From Eledone cirrhosa (lineage: Eukaryota): a DNA stretch of 64,000 nucleotides. The stretch spans positions 391,468,001 to 391,532,000 of the forward strand of contig OZ024740.1 of NCBI GenBank assembly GCA_964016885.1, given 5' to 3'. Below the pieces are notes generated by a model. The model did no database searches, was not told the origin of the DNA, and saw only the letters and a program-made list of their open reading frames with translations. This document shows, in pieces, positions 25,567-37,688 of the stretch. Position 1 is the first letter of the stretch; each line of letters begins with the position of its first letter. The translations under genes and the position numbers were made by a program.

Positions 25567-26658
25567 TTGGGTTGGCTACAACGTTGGTTCGTTTTTTTTA
25601 AGCGAAAAGGTTTAAATACAACGCGACTTATTCCATCAATGATATAATTACCATTTGGTTCTAGAATCTTTTGCGATATTTTGGGCAGATCCATTATCCC
25701 CTGCCCAAAGAATTTCTTGTCTTTACTGTCGAAAAACTCTTCCAGGTGACTTTTTACATCCTCTTCAGAGTTGAAGGTCTGTCCATTCAATGAATTTTGA
25801 AGAGACCGAAACAAGTAGAAATCTGAAATTGGAAGGCTGGGTGTGAATAAGGTGCGTTCGGAAAAACTCCCCAAGGAAGCCCCAGTAATTTCTACTGTGT
25901 CTGCAAAGAAGTATGGTGGTCTGGCATTATTGTGATGAAATACAATGACCTTACGATTACGAAGTACTGGGAGCTTCTTGAGATGAAGTCATACGTTGGA
26001 ATTTGTTTGTGGTGGCTCACCGCGCTTTACTCATGATTATTTGTGCTTTACATCGTTATAGACGATCCCTTTTTTTGTTTCTTTTCACCATTCTCTTGAA
26101 AAAAAGGATCTTTTACTTCACGTTTCTTCAGCGAATCGCAGATGCTGATCTGTTGTGCGATATTAGCCTCATTCAACTGACGTGGGACTTGAACATCGAG
26201 CCTGCCGATGTAACCAAGTTGATACAAATGGTTTTCAACACTTGGTTTGTATATTTGTAGAAATTTGCGATCAACTGATACGTTCGTTTTGTCACTGTTC
26301 ATCTCAGTAGGCCGGCCAGAGCAAGGTGCATCTTAAACCGAAAAATGTCCCAATAGAAATATTGAAAATCACTTCTGGCACACGTAACAGCATCCTCTCT
26401 GTACACAGTGCATAACTGCTGCAGCTTTCCGTCGGTTTCCTGTCTGTTTTTAATGTTCGTTTTGATTCTTCATTTTCAAGGTGATCCAAAGCATACAAAA
26501 ATACAACCTGTCTCGTCGCAATTCTGCGTCGAACTACGTTGAAGTGTCAATTATTTAACGAGATCACATGCACAAAGGACAGATTAAAGTTAGCTACTTA
26601 TTTGAGTGCTTGAGGTTTAGTGTAAACAAAAACCGAACGAACGTTTTAGCCAACCTAA
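25567..26658 (-). mobile_element. Mariner DNA transposon, defective
   Basis: Terminal inverted repeats (TIRs) TTGGGTTGGCTACAACGTTGGTTCG / CGAACGAACGTTTTAGCCAACCTAA with TA on each side. Transposase remnants PISDFYLFRSLQNSLNG (YSPDLAPSD-like) and VENHLYQLG..VPRQL..ISICDSL. Confidence 0.92.
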
Positions 26659-27214
26659 TAGTTGTTTTAGTTAAGAAACATTTGCAAAATAAATTCGTGT
26701 CTAATTACATCATGAAAATGATATAATGAGTTTATAAGTTCACTGAGTTCAAATCCTATATAAATTTGAATCATAATGTTAGGAAAAACAACATCTTTGT
26801 TACAAAATAACAGAAATTTCAAAATCTAATAAACGTAATTAGCATTATGTATCCAAAACAATGCATTAAATGTATTTTAAGTAGAATTCATACTTTCTAC
26901 ATTCAAAATAATGTTGATTAAAATTAATATAATATAGAAACGTCAATGTTATGTATTGATTTAATACGAAACAAACACACGCATATAAAATGAAAATGAA
27001 TATTTTTTCAATAAAATGCGGTCTAAAATAGCAATTATCATTTTTCTGTATCAAAATTAAGTGATGTAAGTTCAACTTAGAGTTCAAAGCGATAGATTGA
27101 TACATGGCTAAGCTCGTGTTAAAAATATATAAATTAGAAATCAATTTTAATGAAAACATAGAATTACCTATACTGGTGCCCTTTTCTTCTCTAAATTCTT
27201 TAACCTACAGGCGC

Positions 27215-27755
27215 ATGGTCAGCATAGGGCCATTCACTGGGGCCATCCTCGCTACATTTACTAATTCACCCCCACCTTTCTTTCCAAGTGGAACTTAAAA
27301 AAGTTGATGAGGGCTTGGCCGAAGAAGGTGTCCGTATTCAGTCTTTTAAGCCGCGTCCACCACACAGCCTCTTTCGAGAGGAAAACAGAGGAAAACACAA
27401 GACAGAGGAAAACTGCCTGTCCTTCCCAGCCAAAATAAGGTGGAGGGGCGATTTTCATGAAGAACTCGGTCGATATATGGATCCGTCGTACATGCTATAA
27501 TGTCTGTTCGACAAAACCCCACAAGTCAGTAATGCACGGACACTTGACGAGTGAGTGCAGAACGGTTTTGTCGCTTTTCATGTATCTTGGACAGGTCTGC
27601 CTGATAACATGTCCGAACCTGTAGAGTTTATCTTAAACTGGCAGTACCTCACCAAAAGCGCTGTCAAGCCAGGAATTTCTGGAAGTTGTTCGTAGTCCCC
27701 CGCTCGAATATTTTCCGGAACAGACTGGTCAGTTCGATTTCGTCGACGCATAGAG
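27215..27755 (-). mobile_element. Tx1/L1-type LINE 3' fragment, degenerate
   Basis: KIAPPPYFGWEGQAVFLCL..WWTRLKRLNTDTFFGQALINFFKFHLERK matches ORFs 953-1297 and 40561-41043. Confidence 0.85.
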
Positions 27756-28179
27756 TTTCTCTGAGAACGACATCGCACTTGCTCCAATTTGGCGAGGCAT
27801 GAACAGAGACAAGGCAAGAGTGTTAAGTGGTAATAGATGACGGACGTGATGTACGTGTTTCCTCTTCTCCTCCACGGGGAGGAAAGGTGGTGCATGTGAC
27901 TAATAATGGTGGGGGTGCAAGTATGTTTCTGATTTTGTGTGTGTTTAGAACGGATAGTGAGAGAGAGAGAGAGAGGGAGAGAGGGAGAGAGAGCGAGAGA
28001 TAGCGAGAGAGAGAAAAAGAGGGGGGAGTGAGGAATGTTTTAGTCTTCGCAGCACTGATTCTAATTCATGTTGTGCAACACTCGACAGCAAAACTATTAA
28101 GTGCATGTCAGAGATCACCTTCTGTCGAGTTAAGTAGTAACATGTCGTTCGCAAATTTCAGCTGACTTATCCTACAACC

Positions 28180-29530
28180 GCAAATCTTGATGCCATTTTC
28201 AATCAGGCTGCGCATGTCAATCCTGTCCATGATGATTATGAAGAGGTGATAGTATGCACTCTTGGTGGAGTCTCACACCCACTTTAGACTTAGCACCATT
28301 TATCCGAACACAGATAATAGAACATTCGTGTGGAGACACCAGGTCAACAAGACGTTGTCCATTGAAACCTATTCTCCTAGAACATTCCACAATAAGTCCC
28401 GTGGACGCGATCATATGCCTTTCGAGGTCTACGAAACAATAATACACATCTTGGCAATACTCCCACGATTTCTCAAAGACCTGTGCAATATGTTGTGAAA
28501 ATCACACTGTTCGTCTGCTAGCATAGACTTGACAATATCCCTACATCTCTTTGCCAGGCACTTAGGACAAACTTTACCGGGTATGCTTAACAAAGTGATT
28601 CCTCTATAATTGAAGCAATCTCTCTTGTCTACGTTTTTGAAAATTGTAATTATTACACCTGGTTGCCATTGTTTAGGTTCCTTTACAGAGATCCAGGCCA
28701 CCCGGAGCACACGAGATATATACATTATCTGTTTAAGGCTTTTAACATTTCGTGCCGAATTTCATCCTACCAGCGACCTTGCCGCATTAGAGCTTTTTAA
28801 TTGCTCTTGTGCTCTGGGAGGTTAGTCATCACTCCCAGATGCACCTCATGAACATCAGAATATGCTCAGCAAAATATTCTCTCCACCTCGTAAAGAGAGG
28901 AGAGCCCTAGGTACGTTCCTCATAGCAAGGAGGATTTCTTATTTTGACGTCGGCAGTTTGTCTGCCAGAACACTATATTTGATTGATTGAAGCTGTATTC
29001 AAGCTGAACACTAAAGTATTCCCATGTTTTAACTTTGGATGCCTTTAATGTCTTTGCTGCGATTTTTCTCGCCTGCTTGTACCGCAAGTGCCAGAAGAAG
29101 GACCTATTTCCAAGCAAAGCTGTGTAGACCTCTTTCTTTGCTCGGGTGACATCTTTGACCACCTGATTGAAACAAAGGATCTTCTTGCCACTCAGCACCA
29201 CGCCAAGCCGCTTTCTCCCACCGCTGAAGCAGAAAATGCTGAGCTGAACAATCTCCAATCTCTTTCAACGCCGTCAATTTCACCAGGGATTTTCTGAATT
29301 TGAATGCAATAGAAACCGCAAACCTATTCCTGACTTCCTTATCTACCAGCACTTCCCAATTCATCCTGTAGGATGACCTCGATCTTCAGGTTTTGTAAGC
29401 TGTCTTGGCTTTAGATAATCTCAGTTTTCAGATAACTAGATGGTAATCAGTTGACAGCCCAGCTCCCCTCTTAACACAAACAGACAGCAAATACGCATTA
29501 CTCAAGGAAAAGGCCAAAGAATGCTCGTTT
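28180..29530 (-). mobile_element. RTE-type LINE remnant (endonuclease end, linker and RT N-terminal half)
   Basis: STDYHLV, PKQWQPGVIITIFK..DCFNYRGITLLSIPGKV, EQCDF, YYCFVDLE and GVRLHQECILSP, in shifting frames. Confidence 0.85.
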
Positions 29531-29540
29531 GCTCGTTGTC

Positions 29541-29637
<97 letters not shown>

Positions 29638-29647
29638 TATATATATA

Positions 29648-30133
29648 TAAAATACGTAGTTTAGAAAGCCACAACAATGCAGAGGGAAATCTCGAGGTAG
29701 GAAGTGAATGATAGATAGGAGAAACAGGAGAAAGTGAAAATTGAGAGAGACAAAGATGAAAACAAAACAAAGGTAGAAGGGTTACCGTAGTGGAGATTTA
29801 ATCCCAATATTTCGGGCTCACGCCCATCAACGGGGGAAAGTTCCAAAAGGGGGGGGGGAACAGGCTCCGCTTAGCCTGTTCCCCCCCCCCCCCTTTTGGA
29901 ACTTTCCCCCGTTGATGGGCGTGAGCCCGAAATATTGGGATTAAATCTCCACTACGGTAACCCTTCTACCTTTGTTTTGTTTTCATCTTTGTCTCTCTCA
30001 ATTTTCACTTTCTCCTGTTTCTCCTATCTATCATTCACTTCCTACCTCGAGATTTCCCTCTGCATTGTTGTGGATTTCTAAACTACGTATTTTACACATT
30101 TCACAATGCTTCAAGCAAACTTTAACACCCTCT
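29648..30133. mobile_element. Near-perfect 447-bp palindrome (6-nt loop) plus 39-bp tail; each arm has a degenerate minimal hammerhead
   Basis: Arms 29648-29866 and 29873-30094 differ by one substitution and the G/C run length. Motif TCCC-CCGTTGA-T-GGGC(GTGA)GCCC-GAA-ATAT-T-GGGA at 29905-29940 (+), mirrored at 29802-29837 (-). Confidence 0.85.
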
Positions 30134-30154
30134 TATATATATATATATACATAT

Positions 30155-30308
30155 ATACCGAGAACAATTGTTTCACCTTAAGGTGAAACAATTGTTCTCG
30201 GTATGGTGAACTAACTGTTGTGTTACTACTTCTACCAAACTCGTCCCATGGACTGAGTGCTCTACCATTACGGATATTACCTTCCAGTGTTCTACCCCCT
30301 CTCGCTAT
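30155..30308 (+). mobile_element. TA-embedded element starting with a perfect 50-bp palindrome containing a hammerhead 3' half
   Basis: ATACCGAGAACAATTGTTTCACCTT|AAGGTGAAACAATTGTTCTCGGTAT at 30155-30204, containing GAA-ACAATTGT-T. An approximately 100-bp tail follows, then TA repeats. Confidence 0.7.
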
Positions 30309-30896
30309 CTATCTATATATATATATATATAATCATAACGGCGATGAATTTGTTTTGCGAGGTTTTTAATTAATTACAAATATACTTATAAATTTTCCAT
30401 GTTGACAAAATTACAAGAATGTTAAACACGTGCACCACATATTCGCATCTACATAATGTTTCGTGTTCTTACGTTGACGCATTCATACGGAAGGTATACA
30501 TATAAAGACACACACTGAGAAATAGACGGTTGTTACGCATACCGCTCAGTCGGGTGGAAGACCGTCAGAGTGATATCCAGATAGACAAATAAGGAAGTAA
30601 TTCATATGAGCTTCAACTGTGGGAATGAGATTGATAAGTGTTGAATTAGAAAAAATAAATTGAATTGCAAGTGGTATCTGAAAACAATCAGCTAAATGGA
30701 GAATTCGGTGCCGGTGTAGGCAGTGATTATGAATTTATACCACTAATGGAGCAGACGATTTTTACACAATCTGGTATTGATTCTTTATCTCCGTTCTTGG
30801 TTTTCTCCTCTTCCTTTACCTCCTCTCATTCTTTCTCATTCTACAACTATCTTTCACATTCTCTCACACTTACTCCCCCCCCCTCTCTACCCCCTC

Positions 30897-31017
<121 letters not shown>

Positions 31018-32107
31018 TACATATCTGCCTCGCTCTTTCACACGCCTACTTAATCGTATTTCAACACTAATCCCCACATCACACTCCTCATATTCTTGAT
31101 TTCCCCCTATAATTTCTTCGCTTTCTCTTCCTCTCTCTTCATGCACGTCGTTCATTATTTTCCTTCTTACGCCCTCACATTCGTTACCAATCACTATTCC
31201 CAAGCCATTTTTTTTTTATTATTCTTATGCTGTACAATCATCCTCATTCTGGTGTGTTCTCATCCTTTCTTCCTCTCCTTCCTCTTAACTACCATCCACA
31301 TTCCATATCCTCATTTCTTCCTTTTGTACATCCATCCACGCGTTTCTTCGAATATTGTTTCTTGTTTCACCGTCTCTCCATGCCCCTTTTATCCTCTTTC
31401 TTCTCTCTTTACTCCCTAATGAAATCTCACTCTCTCATAAAATGCTCTTCACTTCAGTTTCTCCCGCTTACTATTACTCCATCTATTCATAACTATAAAC
31501 CTCCTCTTCACGAAGTTTTCTACTATATTTCCTTCTTTTCTTAGATCCTCTTCAAATTAAGTTTAATGCTCAGTGCAAATTGGATTCCATCAAAGGTTAA
31601 GCAGCAGCTTATGCTTATGCTTTATTCACATTAGTAACTACGTTCTCACAAGCATATACATATGTACGAAGATACATACACACATACATACATACATACA
31701 TACATACATACATACATACATACATACATACATACATACATACATACATACATACATACATAGAAACTTACGAACAAACATACATTCATACATACAGACT
31801 TACGAACAAACAAACATATAAACATACATACATACATATTTGTATGTGCGCACGTGTGTATATGTGTGTGTATTTCTGCACACATAACTATATATATTTA
31901 TACTTACACGTATATGTATATGTAGACAAAGTGATAACCACTTCCACATAAACAGTTGCTTGCTGCACACACGGACAATGTTAGAAACCAACGTACTACA
32001 ACCATCTTTTCCAGCTGTCAGAAGCAACAAGCATATCTATCCCATTATATTATTACACACCGGCGACATCTCCAGCGATGTTGCATCTCATCTTATTGCG
32101 TTGATGT

Positions 32108-32206
32108 CTTCTTCTTCTTCTTCTTCTTCTTCTTCTTCTTCTTCTTCTTCTTCTTCTTCTTCTTCTTCTTCTTCTTCTTCTTCTTCTTCTTCTTCTTCTT
32201 CTTCTT

Positions 32207-32272
<66 letters not shown>

Positions 32273-32280
32273 TTATTATT
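32108..32280. repeat. Compound (CTT)n(TTA)n microsatellite
   Basis: Directly visible. Confidence 0.97.
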
Positions 32281-35200
32281 GTTCTTTGAGTCTCAGTCGT
32301 TGATGTTAGTTAACTGGAAAGTTTGTTGAAATGAATATCAAGCCACTACCTGCAGCCTCAGATATTCAGGACGCATCGGAGAGTTCTTGCTGTTCCCAGC
32401 AAGCATGCCTTTTGAAGTGTTACAAAAAGCGGGGCGGGGCCAATTTTCTTTAACCATCCCTGGAAACTTTTTGAGATAGTACCTAGTGCGCCTATGACAA
32501 TCGGGACCACTTTGACTTCATGGCAGTTCCAAATCCTTTTTACCTCCAACTTAAAGTCCTGGTATCGGTTAAATTTTTCTCTCTCCTTCTCTTGCACTCT
32601 CGTGTCGAATGGGCAGGCCACATCCACAATCAGGCACGATCTTTTTTCCTTGTCCAAAACCACCAGTTCAGGTCTATTGTGTTCCAGTTTCTTGTCCGTC
32701 TGTATCCTAAAATCCCACAGCACCTTCACCTAATCGTTTTCCATCACCGCCTCTGACTTATGCTCATACCATTTCTCAGAATGTGGTAAATTGTTTACCT
32801 TGCATAGGTGCCAATGGTTCACCCTGCCCATCACATCATGTCTCCAGCCTTTATAGTGAGTCTGGGCTAGGTGTTTACACTCGGATACAATGTGAGCCAC
32901 AGTCTCCTCTCTCTCTCCACAGATCCTGCACAGTGAACTAGCCTACTCCTTGTAAATATGGTGTTTCAGCCACTTCATTTTGAGGGCCTGCTTTTGCGCA
33001 GCCATTAGCATTCCTTCTGTAGCCTTTTTAAGGTCTCCTCTTTTCAACCAGTTCCATGTCTGTGGATCTCTAAATTCAGTTTTCTCAAAGAAGGTACTAT
33101 GAAGGGATTTTTCATGAAGGCTGCTCTTTCTCTTTGTTGTTATTTCCTCCTTGGACATCCCCTGGTCTATTGTCCTCTCCTTCAGTACAATTCTGAGCAT
33201 TGGCTCCTTACTATCAGTCACGTATTTGTGTAGGTTGTTTTTCTCCATCTGAACACAGTCCTCTATGCTGATAAGACCTCCTCCACCTTCAGATCTCCTT
33301 AAGTAGAGTCTATCGACATCACCCCTCTTGTGGAACATGTAGATAGTCAATAGCTTCCTAGTTTTCCTATCCATTTCTTTTTGTTCAGCAACATTCCATC
33401 TCAGAATTCCCGCACTGTACCTAATAATAGAAACAGCTCGGGAATTTACTGCACTTATGGCATTCTTACTGTTCAGACGTGACTTTAATACGCTCCTTAC
33501 TCTCCAAATGTATTCAGATTTTATCAATTCCTTCATTTTTTTGTTCTTGATGTCATCAGCCTCCAGAACACCCAAATACTTGTATCCTTCTTCAGTGTCA
33601 ATTTCCTTTATCATCTCATCTGTTGGTACCTGGATTCCGTTGCTTCTGCTCAATTTACCCCTCTTCATCTAAGGGACTCCACACTTACTAATACCAAATT
33701 GCATACATATATCATTGCTGAAAATACGGACAGTGTCAACAAGCACATCCAACTCCTTCTCACTCTTCCAGAAGAGCTTAAGATCGTCCACGAAGAGGAG
33801 GTGATTGATGGTAAGCTCTCCCTTTCCCAACTTCTATCCTGCTCTCACTTTTCGCAGTATAATGGTCAACAGAGGGGACAAACTATCTCCCTGGAAGATA
33901 CCTCTCTTGATCTTCACGCCTCCCTAGGATTCTCCGCCCGATGCTAACTCTGTTTTCCAGGACTTCATACTTTTGCTCAACAACTGTCTGATGTTATCTG
34001 CCACCCTGAAGATCTCTAGGCTTTTGGTTATCCAAGAATGAGGTACCATGTCGAATGCCTTTTTGTAGTCTATCCATCCCATGGCAAGACCAGTGTGTCT
34101 CCTCCTGCAATTCCTCATTACCATCTTATCAATAAGCAACTGGTCCTTTGTACCACGGGACTTCTTTCAGCATCCTTTCTGTTTGTCCGGTAACAAGTTG
34201 TTTATGTGGAGGTGATGGTAGATTTCCTCAGACACAATGCTTGTTAATAGTTTCCACATTACGGACAGACATGTGATAGGTCTATAGTTGGTAACATCAT
34301 TACCCTTGGTTCGGTCTTTCATTACCACTCTGGTACCTCACCTGACATCAAGCAGTCATTGAACATGGTTGTCAGTTTCAGGTGGAGTGATGTTATATTT
34401 TTAATCCAATACCCCTGCACACCATCTGGGCCTGGTGATTTCCAGTTGTTTAGTTTTCTGGCCTGCCCTTTAAGAGTTTCAACTGTCATACTCAAATCAG
34501 TTTGTTGGTGTGCCTGTTCACTAATCTCCTTTTGTACTGTCTCAATCCACACTGCCTGATCATTATGTTCAACACCCTGTTCCCATATTCCTCTCCAGAA
34601 TGTCTTAGTTTGTTCCGCCTCAGGGATCAAGTCGTTGCCTCTTTCTTTCCCTTCAAACTGTCCAAACAACATCTTCTGGCTGTTATCAAACATGCGGTTC
34701 TGTCTACACTGACTGACTCTGCTCTCGTATCGCCTAATCTTTGCGCTCTTTGCTACAATGCGTTGCTTCAGTTCCTCTATGATAATATTTAGCTTTTTCC
34801 TCCTAGTTTTGTACTTTATTTCCAGTCTATTTTTAGTGTCTATGTTTTTTAGTGTCCCATTCAGTAGGGACTCAAGCTTTCCAATGTCATTTCTCATTTC
34901 CCTGATTTGACCATTCAGTCGTTTCTTCAACCAAGGTTCTGATCTTTCTTGTTTGTTGTTTCTTCTCGCTTTTATGCCAAGTAATTTCCTCACCGCATTT
35001 GCTGTTGCTTTGAGGATATTGTTGCACTGGTGAAGGTTCCTCGCCTCAAGCTATGGGATGACTTTGTTTACCTTAGCTGTTGTTTTCTTTAACTTTTTCC
35101 TGTCTACAAATCTTAGGTTCATAGGTTTCCCACTATCATTGTTCATTTCATCTACCACTAAGTTTAGGATATCAACCAAATCTTGTCCTAGCCCGTCAGC

Positions 35201-35720
35201 ATTCATTTCCTCAATGGCCGTATCTTTGTTCCAGGTATTATTTATTTCAGCATTCAGATCATTGTCTGCTTCGGATGCTTCCTCCGTTCTCTCAACCTCT
35301 TCACCTTCATTTCCCACTGGCTCGTTTGCCTGGCATACTCAACTCTCCATTTCCAATCTAATCTCTCTGCTGAGTTCCTCCAGTTCCAGCTCGCTTATCC
35401 ACTCATTAGTTCTTATTACCCGAGCCTGCCCGGCCAATTTTTGTTCATCTAATTTAAATAGACCCATCTCGTTCCAGATGCTATACATCCGTTTCCTTGG
35501 GGTTACTCTTCAGGTAACATTGCATAACAGTTCTATTCAATTCTTTCGTCCAGTTGGTTCTGGTCCCTTTCCTTCTTCTTCTTCCTCCAACACCAGCAGT
35601 ATTTGGATGATAGCCAGGTTCCTGCTGCTGGGCCAGGGAGCACCTGCTGGGTGAGAGTCTGTCACATGACATTCCAGTCTCCACTTCACCGTTATTCGAA
35701 CTTTTTAGGTTCGACATTTA
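32281..35720 (-). mobile_element. R4/Dong-clade LINE, near full length, frameshifted (RT plus CCHC and restriction-like endonuclease)
   Basis: [61 protein letters not shown] and VLWDFRIQTD..HNRPELV..IVDVACP..PIVIGALG. The 3' end abuts (TAA)n, the known Dong-type target. Confidence 0.92.
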
Positions 35721-36119
35721 AACACTCATATCGAGGATTGGTGAATGTATGGTTACATAACCACCGGTAATTTCATCACCCCCAGTGATTTGATCACCCC
35801 CGATGATTTTAGCGTGGACGCTGTAGACGAACATAAACAAACAAACAAACAAATAGGTAAAAACCTAAAAAAATAAGCATAAGTTTCATTGTAATGTAAT
35901 GTTTGAATGTCTGACTTAGTTTTTTTGTCTGTTTGTTTGTCTGTTTGTTTTTCTTTTCTTTTTTCTTTTCTTTACGTTTTTCGTTGCTGCTGTGATGTTT
36001 TCATTTTGATTTTTGATTTTTTGATTGTTTGACCGGGTCATCAAATCAGTCTATTTATATCTTTTGATGCCTTCCTCACTTAGTGGGAATACTACGATAC
36101 TTCTGTCTTACCAGGAGGT

Positions 36120-36255
36120 AATGGGGGAGAATAGCGGCGGTAGCGATAATGAGGCAGTGGTGGTGGTGGTGATGTGCTAGTAGTACATAGCAGGAGGTAG
36201 TGGGAGAGAATAGCGGCGGTAGCGATAATGAGGCAGTGGTGGTGGTGATGTGATC
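36120..36255. repeat. Tandem duplication of an approximately 50-bp GGT-rich unit (period about 80)
   Basis: GAGAATAGCGGCGGTAGCGATAATGAGGCAGTGGTGGTGGTG occurs twice. Confidence 0.8.
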
Positions 36256-36644
36256 GTAGTACTGTAGTGATGGTGTTGAAGTTGAAGTAGAAATAGAAGT
36301 TAGAGTAACTTGGCTAGATTTTTTTTGTGTGGTAGTGGTGATGGTGGCGGTGGTTGTGTTGGTGGTGGTGAAATTATTTGCCTGTCTGTCCACGTAGCCA
36401 TTTTCCTCTTCTTTGACTATAACATTTCTGATCCAAAATTAAATATTAAATATTTTGGCCCTATGTCATAATGTGATGCGTTGTCGCTTGCTGAGAGTAA
36501 AAAACTGTAATATTATGTTTCATTTGTAATAAGAATTATTCTATCACAGTTGTTTTAAATATGTAAAAATCAAAAACTTACGGGAGCGATTCCATAATGA
36601 TATATCCACCATGTGCGGTTTTCTTTATTATTATTATTATTATT

Positions 36645-37134
36645 GCTCTTTGAGTCTCAGTCATTGATGTTAGTTAACTGGAAAGTTTGTTGAAATAAAT
36701 ATCAAGCCACTACCTGCAGCCTCAGATATTCAGGACGTATCGGAGGGTTTTTGCTGTTCCCAGCAAGCATGCCTTTTGAAGTGTTACAAAAAGCGGGGCG
36801 GGGCCAATTTTCTTTAACCATCCCTGGAAACTTTTTGAGATAGTACCTAGTGCGCCTATGACAATCGGGACCACTTTAACTTCATGGCAGTTCCAAATCC
36901 TTTTTACCTCCCACTTTAAGTCCTGGTATCGGTTAATTTTCTCCCTCTCCTTCTCTTGCACTCTCGTGTCGAATGGGCAGGCCACATCCACAATCAGGCA
37001 CGATCTTTTTTCCTTGTCCAAAACCACCAGGTCAGGTCTATTGTGTTCCAGTTTCTTGTCCGTCTGTATCCTAAAATCCCACAGCACCTTCACCTAATCG
37101 TTTTCCATCACCGCCTCTGGCTTATGCTCATACC

Positions 37135-37136
<2 letters not shown>
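36645..37136 (-). mobile_element. Second R4/Dong copy, 5'-truncated (endonuclease domain plus 3' UTR)
   Basis: About 97% identical by eye to 32281-32770, with the same 3' terminus followed by (TAA)n. The HNRPDLV motif is intact. Confidence 0.92.
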
Positions 37137-37165
<29 letters not shown>

Positions 37166-37219
37166 CTTCTTCTTCTTCTTCTTCTTCTTCTTCTTCTTCT
37201 TCTTCTTCTTCTTCTTCTT

Positions 37220-37283
<64 letters not shown>
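37137..37283. repeat. Compound (TTC)n(TTA)n microsatellite
   Basis: Directly visible. Confidence 0.97.
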
Positions 37284-37688
37284 GGGCGGTGGATTGGCAG
37301 TATCGGTAGAGGGTCGGACGTCATGCTTTGACGCATAGAGTTACGGCCCTTTCCATTCTGAGTTCAAATCCCGCCGAGGTCAACTTTGGCTTTCATCTTT
37401 ACGGGGTCGATAAAATAAAGTACCAGTAATGTACTGGATAATTGCTGGCCTTGTGCAAAAAGTAGAAACAATTATTATTATTATTAGCGGTGAATTGGCA
37501 GTATCGGTAGAGGGTCGGACGCCATGCTTTCCAGCATAGTTACATCCCTTTACGGTCTGAGTCCAAATCCCGTCGAGTTTAATTTTGCCTTTCATCCTTA
37601 CGGGGTCGATAAAATAAAGTACCAGTAATGTACTGGGTATTTGCTGACCTTGTGCCAAAAAGTAGAAACAATTATTATTACTATTATT
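37284..37688 (+). mobile_element. Two head-to-tail full-length Nin-domain SINEs (37284-37485 and 37486-37688)
   Basis: Each has an A-box, B-box, Nin core, GTAGAAAC and an (ATT)n tail. Confidence 0.93.

Noticed and set aside
29661-30081. Two near-identical 61-aa ORFs on opposite strands
   Set aside because: They are a by-product of the palindrome, start at TTG and have no recognisable domain.
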